From positions 1-64,000 of the forward strand of contig NW_026250452.1 of NCBI RefSeq assembly GCF_024521635.1: a stretch of DNA of 64,000 bases, in the 5' to 3' direction. The position numbers and the translations under genes were made by a program. Source of the stretch: Tricharina praecox (taxonomy: Eukaryota). The notes beneath the pieces were generated by a model that was given only the letters and a program-made list of their open reading frames with translations, was not told the DNA's origin and searched no databases. How positions within the stretch are numbered: position 1 is the stretch's first letter; each line of letters opens with the position of its first letter. Shown here in pieces: positions 38,452 to 49,157 of the stretch.

Positions 38452-41400
38452 CTACTCCACCACCAGTTTTCTTTCTACCCTCCCATCTTACTACAGTTCT
38501 ACTTCACAATCAACTTCCTTTCTCTCGAGCTCCAACCTTATCACTATTCTAACATCATCGCCCTCGTTCTACCTTCCCCTTCTCACCACAATTCTACTCC
38601 ACTCAATCTCTTCTCTCTCCCTCCCCCTTCTACCTCCTCAACTATCAACTTTCGCTCTCTTTCCCAACAGCTTGGCGTACGGTACGTAACACTTACGTAA
38701 CACTTACTGCTCCTGTCCTCCGCGATGTTCCATCCTTCTTTCACAGTGACTGAAACCATTCTCTGCCGGAGACTTCCCTTCCTACCATCCCCTAATCCAT
38801 CCCCATCGTTAGCTGTCCCACACATGAGACGCTTTGATTATCGTGTGTACACGTCGGAAAAGAAATAAAAGTGCTAATATCTCTTGCGCAACGTTTACAG
38901 GCGGCGAATCTCACATCTTGCACCTGATACAATCAGACGTGCTGCTACCTCTGACCGGCCCGTTGAATCCGGCCAAATCGCTGCCGAAGCTCGCGCAATC
39001 CTCGTTGCGGACGCAGGAGGAGATTGCTCCGGCCGCTGGCGGCTTCCGCGATCGTGAAGTCTTGCGGACGGCACAACAGGAGGGAATGCGCCAACAGATG
39101 TTGGTCGCCTCCGGGTCCGAGTGGCCTCATTCGCGCCCGACGAATACAGGAAGAAGTGTGGTCCCGATGCTCGGACACCCCCACAGGCACCTCCGAATGC
39201 GAGGATAGTGTCTATTTGAGACTCCAGTGCTACCATTATCCGGGGCTCTAAGCTTCGCTCGATCGAATTTCTGTTTTCACCCGCTCTCACTACGCTCTCC
39301 CGGAAGGATGAGATGAGGGGTAGGCTGGAAGGTGCGCCCGTGAGCTTACATCTGCTCCAGCCCAACCATCGTCCGAGCTTCAGGGAGCGGGGCCAATTGT
39401 CACACCTACCCTCCTCCCTCCTCAAGAAGGACAGCCCTCGCAGCCCACTCCAACTTTGTCCAAGTTCAAAACTTGGCCCTCCTGGCCCCCCTCCCGTCAC
39501 ATTTTGGCAGTCGAGGAGGGGGGGGGGAGGAGCCACAATGGTGGCGAAAGAGGAGGATGAAAGGGAGAATGAAGATGACGAAGAGGAGCAAGCCTCCTCG
39601 GAAGATGCGGAAGAAGACCCTTCCGTTCAATCGCCGACATCCCTACACGATCACATCGCAATCAATCCCAACAATCAATCCGAACGAGCGATGAACCGAC
39701 CGCAGCCTAGCTGCTAGCCCCCATGCAATGGGGGCGCAAACCAGCCACCAGGGTGGCGAAGCAGAGAGGGAGGTGGGCTTTCTCGACCGCTACCAGCATT
39801 AAGTCCGGACATATCAGGGAGGAGGATGAGCTTCTGAACCAGGCTATGGGACAGTCCCCATTGAAGTAATTCCTCTGGGGCTGTCGCCATTGGAGTATTT
39901 CCTCCGCGGGTTGTCTCCGTTGGGATAGTTGGTCTGGAATGAACTTTGTTTCCGCGCAGTTAGCGGGATGTAGGGGGGGGGGTGTTGGGATGTTCTTTGC
40001 TTTCTCTTTACAGAGATGGGGGAGAGGGATGAAGAAGAGGAGGAAGCCTCCTCCGAAGACTCGGAGGATTGTTTGGAAACGGAAGTTTCCTCCGAAGAAC
40101 ACTCCTCCGAGGAAGAGGAGTAGGAGGATGAGGACTACGATGACGAAGACGTCTCGTACAGCGACAACCACAACGATATCGGGGAGACTCGGAGGATTGT
40201 TTGGAAGAGGAAGCTTCCTCCGAAGAACACTCCTCCGTGGAAGAGGAGGAGGAGGATGAGGACTACGATGACTTGGACGTCACGTACAGCGACAACGACA
40301 ACGATGCCGGTGAGGAAGACAAGGAAGAGGAGGATAAGGGTGGCCTAATTACCGTCGGTTCTGTGTTTTTCTTTCTTTCTGTTTTATCGCAGATAACTGC
40401 ATCCCGATTACTGAATGACTTGTACCCTTTCAAACTTGTTATGACTGGATGACTAGTATGCATAGTAGGCGCATAGGCAGCCATTATTCTGGTTACTACA
40501 GTCCAGTCGACTTTTTCACGACGCATCGACGGAACCGTAATACAGTCATCCAGTAAGCTTGCGGTTGTGTGCTGGACCGTCCACTCTATTTACCAGTTTG
40601 GATGGTACGGATTGCAGTCGACGGCCAACACGTGTACATGTAAATCTGAAGAACCATAAGGTGACGCGATTCATAGTATGAGAGAAAGCCCAAGCTTCCA
40701 CACGGACTATGTAGAACGCAAATTGCAATTGTTGTGGATCTAGGCCATCGCTTCACAAGTGATCGAGCTATGAGCGGATGACAACGCAAATCTCGACGGC
40801 AGTGACACGCCACAGTAACAAAACTACAGCAATTTAATTCTACGCACTGCGTAGGGTTTTACCCTCAGGTTTGCGCCGACCAGGCTTGCCCTCTCTCCCA
40901 CTTCCTCCTTTATGATCCACCATTAGCATCCTCTCACTCTCCGTTCTTACTACATCATCATCGCCTTCCTCTCCATCCTTTCACTTTCTACCTACTCCAC
41001 CATCCACTTTCTTTTTCTACATCTCCCTCTCAATTACCCCACAGTCAAGTAGACGATAACCTACCATAAATTGGCAATGTCATCCTGGCCTGCGGGCCCC
41101 GTCCACACTCCACGGCGACGTCAGCAACTCGTCAAACCCTTCACAATAACGAAAACCTGCGAGGAGGCAGGCTGACACCGCGTTGCCAAGGCAAGGCGGG
41201 CAGCACCTGCCGCGGTCAGGCGTACGCGCAGCTACACAAACACTTGCAACGGCCTCCTCTCTCACCGTAATACATAATACATTCAACCAGCTTCCGAAAT
41301 TGCAATTAACTTGCTATGGCTGAAGCTGCCAGGGCTGTGGGGGTGGCGTACGCGGTGGCTTCACAATTTCGCCCTGGGCTGCGGGTCCCGCCGGTGACCG

Positions 41401-41544
41401 CACTGCTGCGGTGTTTAAGGTGCGTCACTTCCCGGCAGTCACACCCCATGCGAGTGATAACCACTGACTCCCTCCAAAGGCGCATCGCCATCCGATATCC
41501 CGACAATCGCTCCGAAGGAACAAGGGATAAACCATCAGCAACCG

Positions 41545-41690
41545 GAGCCTCAACCGCGGCCGAGGCCTGGCATCAAGTCAGGGCACATCAGGGAGGAGGG
41601 GGAGGAGGGGGAGGAGGGGGAGGAGCTCCAGTGGCGACACGCTCTCGGGCTGTCGCCATTAGAATAGGTGCTCGAGGATTTATGAGCTTT
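41545..41690 (+). pseudogene. KGD1: KGD1 extreme 3' remnant followed by the shared 3' flank
   Basis: GGCATCAAGTCAGGGCACATCAGGGAGGAG...CTCGGGCTGTCGCCATTAGAA...ATGAGCTTTGTTTCCGATTGC, as in the other copies; a more decayed remnant lies at ~39790-39955. Confidence 0.7.
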
Positions 41691-42654
41691 GTTTCCGATT
41701 GCTAGAGGGGTGTAAGGAGGGGTGATGTTGGGTTGTTTTTGTTTAGTGGGGTGTAGGGAGGGTTGTTGGGATGTTTTTTGCTATCTCTTTACAGAGATGG
41801 AGGGACATCCTAACCACTGAGGTGGCGCGGAAGAGAAGGATGAGAAGGATGAAGAAGATCAGGAAGCCTCCTCCAAAGACTCCAACGATTGTTTGGAAGA
41901 GGAAGCTTCCTTCGAAGAACACTCCTCCGAGGAAGAGGAGGAGGAGGATGAGGACTACGATGACGAAGACGTCACGTACAGCGACAGCGACAACGATGTC
42001 GGTGAGGAGAGCGAAATGGACGAGGACCAATACGTCTCGTACGGCGACAACGGCAACGATTTCTGTGAGAAGGACAAGGAAGAGGAGGATAAGGCTGGCC
42101 TGATTACCGTCGGTCCTGTGTTTTTCTCCCTTTCAATTTTATCGCAGATAACTGCATCCTCAATGATTCTGTAACCTTTCGAGCTCGTCGTGACCCAATA
42201 TGTATAGTAGGCTCATGACCAGCCAGTGTTCTAGATTGTGTAGGTAGTCCAGCCCAGTCATTCCAAATCGATTAAAATTTCGTGTGTAAGGCTTAGAGCC
42301 GACCGCTACCACCAACCCACGACCCCGTGAAACCACTACTAAAAATTCTCCTCACGGTATAGAGGCTCCTGAAGATGGTCCACCATCCGGGTCGCTTGAT
42401 CCCAGTATAGTAGTTTTCGTGTGTGTCATAATATCTCGAACTTCCGTTTACCGCCTCACTTCCGTGAACCGTGTCATGAGAGATCACGCGGACTTTCATC
42501 ATCCGTTCTCACACGGAGGTTGCGAGCGGCGGCGTGCGGCCTCTATCCGAGGCATCCCCACGCCATCCTGCATATATGTCTCTCCTTCTGTCGTGTCTGA
42601 TACAGTGGACACTATCTCACGATACCACTTTTCCTGACAGTGTGACTAGTACTC

Positions 42655-43205
42655 GATCGAGTGATATATTGTGATAATGCCACGAGTATGAGCGGTTCTC
42701 GTGTCCTCACAGTCTCACTATATTAGGCTTTAGAACTATCAAATATTTCGTGGACGAGTACGATGTTGCTTAATCGTGCTGGCACGGTACGATACTCGAT
42801 TACAACGGACTACTTCTTGAACGAATACTAACGTATGGCTCAATCATCCGCTCACGGTCTTGCAAGTCCGAGGTACTTCGTTGACGAATATTGAATGCCG
42901 CTGTGATTCACCTCCCCATTCGGCCCAAATCGTAGGTAGTCGACAAGAATAGTGCTTCTCACGTGACTATGCGACCGAGTGAGATATCGCAACGGGAATG
43001 AGTGTTCTCGTGCTCTCACTGCAGGTCTCGAAACTAGAAGATACGGAGTACCTTCTTACTGGACGAATACCGAATGGCGTCATCATGTAGTCATAGTAGT
43101 AGGTGTTTGAGCACGGTATGCTTCGTGGACGAATAACAGATGGCTTAATCGTGCACTCGCGGTGGTGCAAGTAAGGACTACTTCGTGGACGAATACCTTA
43201 TGACT
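42655..43205 (+). repeat. ~60-bp tandem repeats (two blocks)
   Basis: About six TACTTCGTGGACGAATA-like units. Confidence 0.75.
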
Positions 43206-43354
43206 GATCTGTCTGGCGAAGGACCTGCTTCATGGAATATACAAGGTCATCACTACGCTATTGATTTCCGAGTCTGACCATCTAGAATACTATCCGCTTG
43301 TACACCAGTAAAGAAACGACAAGACACAAAGCGGAGATCTCAACAACACAAATG

Positions 43355-43635
43355 AAACGAACCGAGAACAAACATAACAGACAACGCCCATCCATCTAGA
43401 CGCGACCCAGTAAATGCAGAAAAGTAATGATATCTAGAGCACCATCTGCAGGTACAGAGAAAGAAAAGACACACCGTGTATACCAACCAAAAAACCGAGA
43501 AAAAAGCAGACAACACCCATCCATCTAGATGTGCACCAGTAAAATGCACAGAACAATGGTATCTAGAATTGTATCTGCAAAAAGAAACCGAGAAAAACCA
43601 GACAGTTCCCACCCAGATGTGCGCCAGTAAACGTT
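43355..43635. repeat. Three ~100-130-bp tandem units downstream of the SNF2 gene
   Basis: AACCGAGAA...CAGACA...CCCA...AGA.G.G..CCAGTAAA repeated. Confidence 0.7.
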
Positions 43636-43760
43636 TTGATGAAAACAAAAGAAAGAAATCGTTGTATTAAAAGGTCGCTCTCCCGCCATGTAGTCAGTAA
43701 TAGGTAGATGCGCAAGCCATGTTCGCAGCCGTTCGAGATGTCGTCGATAGATAGGTCCGC

Positions 43761-46486
43761 CTAGGCATCCGGTTCGCCACGATCTTGCTTCGCATGATCT
43801 TCCGGCTCATCGTCTTTGGGCTCATCGTCTTTGGGCTCATCGTCTTTGGGCTCATCGTCTTTGGGCTCATCGTCTTTGGGCTCATCGTCTTTGGGCTCAT
43901 CTTCTTTGGGCTCATCGTCTTTGGGCTCATCGTCTTTGGGCTCATCGTCATCCGCCTCAAGATTTTCGGCCGCATCTTCAGCCAGCACAGCCTTGATATC
44001 CTCGAGCGTCTTTTCCATCCCGCCCTCGCCGAGCTCGGCCGCCACAAACACACGCTTCTTGTTCTGTACCTCGAGCACACGCTCTTCCACGCTGTCCTCC
44101 ATCACGAGCCTCCAGACCGTCACGTCACGCGTCTGTCCGAGGCGGTAGATACGGTCAACAGCCTGATCCTCGACCGCCGGCGACCACCAGGAGTCTATGA
44201 GGACGACCTGACTGGCCATGACGAGGTTGAGACCTACTCCACTGGCTGCGAGGGTGGTGAGGAGGATCGTACACGTGGGTTTCTCGCCGAAGGTCTTGAT
44301 TGCTGCGTCACGCTTGGGGAGCGACATTGATCCGTCGATCTGCGCGATGTCAAAGCCGGCGTTGGTCAAGTAGGGCGCAAGGATGCGGAGGAAGTTTTTC
44401 CACTGGCTGAATACTACTGTCTTGATGGTAGCGTCTTTGGTCCGTGTAGCTGTGAGGATTTCGAGAAGGGCAGAGATCTTGGAAGAGGATCCGGAATGCT
44501 CGGGAAGGTTGGCGGTGCTGTCGAGGTCTTCAACGGAAGGTTCAACAAGATTGTTGACGATGTTTGGGAGCCGGGCGCGGCACATTGGAAACGTGCCCTG
44601 CAATCCCATGAATGTGGCGATGCCTGCATCTTGTTAGCCGGGCCAATACTCAATAGTCGATCGGATGGAGATGATGCCCACAATTGAGACAGAAAATGTG
44701 CTTGCAGACGGTGATGCGCGGATTGTTCAATCGTTCCAGACAGATTGGGCAGTCTTCCTCAGCTTCAATGGCCTGTTATTCGCGTTAGCAAATTTATCCC
44801 ACAACAGACGGAAGAATACAAAACTCACCATCCCCAGTACATCTTGCAAGGCCTTGACATTCTCAGGAGTCAGTTCCACTCGGTCAACACCCGAAAGCTT
44901 CATGAGGCTCTCCAGCCTCTGTCCGCACAGCTCCCCATGATCACAAAGCTGCCGCATTCTCAGGACAATCTTCAGCAGCTTCATCCTGTCGTTCCCCACA
45001 CGTTGACCATTTTCAACCCGATACGCGACCATGCGGTACACATGGTTGGCCTCCATGTCCAACTTGCTGTACTTCCTCCTCTCCTCCGGCCAGAACTGGA
45101 CCTTCTTGATGATACATGTCTTCGCCGGCGTCCTGAGCTGGATGAAATCCATGCTCTTTGTCCGGCGAAGACCGTATGCCCTCATCACCTCTTGCGATTT
45201 CTGAATCAACCGGGGCCTCTTCTTCAGCTGGTGAGGGGTCGGACACAGCGAGCGGAACGTGTCCCGATGTTCCAATGAGTCCTTCGTCTGCAAGAGACAG
45301 ATCAGGAGCCACAGATCCATAAGGCCGTTGCCAACAGACGTACCCGTCAGGACCCAGCGGGAATGAGCCTTCACGGCGTCGACAGCCTTGTAGTTGGCGC
45401 TTTCAACGCTCCGGATCATGTGGGCCTCGTCCAGGACTAGGCGGCGCCAGCTCCCTTCGAAGGTCCTACGGTCACGGTGTTCAGCGGCATTCATCAAACG
45501 GGGGAGGATCGGTTGGGGAGAGGACATACTGTCGGGTACCTGGAGCAGCAAAATCGGCGGCCATAGTGCAGTAACTTGTTACAACCACGTCATAGTCGGC
45601 AAAAATTGTTGAGTGTCTCCGTGGTCCATGGTAGACCACGACCTTGAGGGGGTTCTCCTTAGAGACATGCTGGGCAATCTTGAAGCCATGCATCAGCCGT
45701 GCTCCAGCACCCCATCACAGGCATCACCGAGAAGAGTGATTCGTACCTGCTCGGTCCAGTTGGACATCACCGACACGGGAGCAACGATCAGAGTGGGATT
45801 TTCGTTCGAGACCTTCTCCTTCGTCCCGCGCGCAGTGTACTTGTAGGCATCGACGCCGCAGACGATCAACGCGATCGTCTGAAGCGTCTTACCCAAGCCC
45901 TACACCGACTCGTCAGCATTCCCATGGTCGACGACGAACGGGCGAGCGAGCACGAACCATATCGTCCGCGAGTATACCCCCGCTGACAAGGTGTGGGATG
46001 CTCATGCTGCGCCATCCGGTTACCGTCTGTATGTAGAGGTAATAGTCTGGTCTCATCTTTTTCCACAGCTTTACTTCCTTGTCAACTGTGGGGAAGTCGG
46101 GATCTTCCTGCTGCAGGAGCCACTCGAGACCCTATAATAGTAGTCGGACACGTCAGTTTCCCCCAAGATCCAGATGCACGAAACCCAGGCAATTGAACTT
46201 GGCTTACTTGAAGTTGGTACGGGAGAAGACGTGTTGCGAGACGGGTAGGTTGGGCGGCGTAGGGCATCGGAATGAGCTCCTGCGTGGTCCTTCCAAATTT
46301 CTGCGTCATCTGGTCTGATCCGTTCGGATCGAGCTGCTGGCCTTGGTCGACTGCATTATTCACCAGCTGCACCACGGGGACAGAAGCAGTAATAGCGTTT
46401 GCGGGGGGTGCATCAGGGACAGCGGCAGGAATTGCCGCATCCTCACCATCGCGGTCCGACATCTTTCGCTTAGTACCAGAATTCAT
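43761..46486 (-). CDS. HLTF/Rad5-like SNF2 ATPase with RING finger (~781 aa); exons 46486-46208, 46131-45958, 45899-45747, 45678-45530, 45465-44829, 44772-44682, 44623-43761
   Basis: The spliced frame is open throughout: LLPYQLQGLEWL, GGILADDMGLGKT, DEAH, LTGT, RRTK, LRMRQLCDH, RING CPIC..CKH..C..C..FPMC, VVFSQW, GVGLNL, WWSPAVEDQAVDRIYRLGQ. All six introns are GT-AG and phase-compatible. Confidence 0.88.
43803..43950 (-). repeat. 15-bp coding tandem repeat (DDEPK)n in the SNF2 C-terminus
   Basis: GGGCTCATCGTCTTT repeated ~9 times. Confidence 0.95.
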
Positions 46487-46632
46487 CTTGTTGCTGCTGG
46501 TAGTACACTGTAGGTAAGTAGCCGGATTAGATGTCGAACGGTAGGGGTGATGACGAAGTGCAAAGATTAAGGGAGAGAAGATATACCCTTCGATTGTCGG
46601 TGGAGCTGGAGATGATTTGGGAATCGACACTC

Positions 46633-46815
46633 GCGAGAGGATGAAGGAGAAAGGAAGGAGGAGTGTGAGTTGATCTCGGAACAGACTTCTGGTTGCGAGA
46701 TGATGAAGGAGAAAGGAAGGAGGAGTGGGAGTTGATCACTGGTTCTATGGGTGTTGCGAGATGATGAAGGAAAGAGGAAGGAAGAGTGGAAGTTGATCAC
46801 TGGTTGTATGGGTGT
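46633..46815. repeat. Three ~61-bp tandem units upstream of the SNF2 start
   Basis: GCGAGA.GATGAAGGA.A.AGGAAGGA.GAGTG..AGTTGATC three times. Confidence 0.85.
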
Positions 46816-47059
46816 GGCAGAAAGTTTGCCGACTTGTTTCTGCGGGGCGACGTATTGGGCAAGACGTTAACAAACAAAGCAGGGCGTCGCATTGCATCGT
46901 GGGTAGTTGTTTGTTGGCATCGTATCGTCGCTGAGCTCGAATCTTGTTTGGCCTCGGCCCGATGGTCAATTGTGTCGGCGATGGGCCGCGCCTGCACTAG
47001 GTCAAACTCGACTAAACGCACGCGAGCAAGCAATGGCTTTCAAACCGGCAATCGGGAGG

Positions 47060-47950
47060 GAGAGCTTGAGCTATGCCGTGTCGAGCACAGCCGTGTCGAG
47101 GTCGAGCTTCACTAGATATTTTACATTCCGGTGAGCCGGAGCCACAGCTGTGTCGAGCAGAGCCGTGTCGAGCTCGAGCTTTACTCGGTATTCGATATCC
47201 CGCTGAGCTTGAGCCAGCCATGCTGAGCTCGAGCGACGCCGTGTCGAGCACAGCTGTTTCGGACTCGAGTCAAACTACTCCATATCCCGCTGAGCTGCAG
47301 CCGCAGCCGTATCGACTTCGAGCCATAGTACATTATATCCCACTGAGCTAGAGCCAGCCATGCCAAGCTCCAGCGATGCCGTGTCGAGCACAGCCGTGTC
47401 GAGTCCGAGTCAAACTACTCTATATCCCGCTGAGCGTGAGTCACAGCCGTGTCGAGCTTCATCGAAGTCGTGCGGAGAATAGCCGTGCCGAGCTTGAGGT
47501 TTACTAGGTATTTTATATCCCGATGAGCCTGAACCACGGCCGTGTCAAACTTCAGCAATGCACCTCTGTCCCGCTGAGCTTGAGCCATAGCCGTGTTGAG
47601 CTCGAGCAATACCACGTGATGTCCCGCTGCTTGAACGACGCCGTGTCGAGCACACTCGTGTCGAGCACAGCTATGTCGAGCTCGAGTCAAACCACTTTGT
47701 CCTGCTGGGCTTGAGCCACAGCTGTGTCGAGCTCGAGCCACACTACTTTAAAGTTTATATCCCGCTGAGCTTGAGCCACACTACTTTAAAGTTTATATCC
47801 CGCTGAGCTTGAGCCACACTGCTTTAAAGTTTATCCCGCTGAGCTTGAGCCACATTCATGTCGATCTTCAGCTATCCCTGCCGAAGTTGAGCCACAGCCG
47901 TTTCCAGCTGCATGGATCTACAGCCCTGCCGATTTGAAGTTGAGCCACCG
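47060..47950. repeat. Complex minisatellite (GCCGTGTCGAGC and TATCCCGCTGAGCTTGAGCCA units)
   Basis: More than ten GCCGTGTCGAGC-like words; near-exact ~39-bp triplication at 47735-47855. Confidence 0.85.
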
Positions 47951-49157
47951 TCCATCAGTGTGTGCGACACCGGGCGATCCCGATTAACACTCGGGTCTCG
48001 TCACACAAGTCGGCCAGCCGTGCATGCCATCACCGGCTCCATTCGGTCATCACGAGCCAGTCGGCAAGTCAGCCAGTAATCCAGTCAGCGACCGAGTCAT
48101 CCATCAACTCAGCAGCCACCCAGCCAGCCATTGGAATTCCGAACTGTCCCCAGCCACGGCGTAATTCTCATCCCGCCTGAACTCAGCCCGCTTGCACTTG
48201 CACCCTCGGCCAGTGCTCGCATCCCCGTCCGCGTCCCGTGGCTCATCGCCCCATCAGTTGACCACGGCCCGCTGTTTACCGTCGCTTCCCTCCATTTACC
48301 GCTACAAAGCGCGGCATCGCTGCTCTCCTCAGCATCCAATCTACACAGCACACCCTCATCCACGCTCCGCGCACACGCTGAGCATCCGAGCAAAAGCACA
48401 CATCCCATACGCGAGCAGAACCGATACGGTGGAAGCCGACATCGTTTTATTTTTCTGAGAATTGCCCCCCTCTCCACGGTGCCCATCCGCGGTATCAAGG
48501 TGCCCACGGTACCCCTCTTCCCAGGAGGACGAAACGCGCACACGGCGGCTCAGAGATTTTCTTCACATCTCTTATCCTTCCCCCGTATCCTCCCCCCCCC
48601 CCCCCCCCCACCCTTTCCCACCAAAAAAAAAAGAAAAGCGATTCTTACCTGGATAACGCGTAACTATCCGGGGTGTTTTTCGAGACCAGATCTCCAGTCT
48701 CCGTCCGGGCCTCAACTAACCGACACTGGCCACACGTCCTAAATCCAAACAAGCCACGCCACGCCTGTCTCGCCCCACACACCCCCGGCGCGCCCCCCAC
48801 CCCACCCCACCACCCCCAGCCAGATCAGATCATAGCGGAGCGCAGCAAAGCATCGCAAAGCGAAGAACCCGAATCCCAACACGCGGGATCGACGCCGCAG
48901 GGTTCCACTCACTCCTCCCCACTCCTTCGCGCGCGACCTTGATTAAACAAATCCGCGATAAGCGACAAGTCGCGGCCCGCTGAGAACGGCAGAGAACACT
49001 CCCCCACCCTTCCGGAAGTGTCAGTGCCCGATCCGACAGAAAGGAACGCGTGCCAGTCGAAACCGAACCGATCCCAGCCGAGGAAACAAATCGCCTATCG
49101 CCCTTTGGGAATAGTCAGCTCATAGTAACCATTGCACTGGGGAATTCCGACCGAGCA

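Larger units (their letters stand above)
19985..43200 (+). repeat. Head-to-tail array of ~10 shuffled copies of a modular repeat unit
   Basis: 3' block (consensus TTTTATCGCAGATAACTGCATCC..AATGAC) at ~21585, 23870, 24915, 25905, 27262, 35010, 35185, 36815, 40382, 42136. Promoter-like block (consensus GCGTAGGGTTTTACCC.CAGG...CTCTCTCCC...TATAA) at ~20370, 22760, 25575, 27720, 29968, 38315, 40850. Confidence 0.85.

Noticed and set aside
43785..44330. ORF with (GLIVF)n as a membrane protein
   Set aside because: Antisense shadow of the DDEPK repeat of the SNF2 gene
43761..46486. SNF2 gene as a fragmented pseudogene
   Set aside because: The ORF fragments are reconciled by six phase-compatible GT-AG introns with no stops
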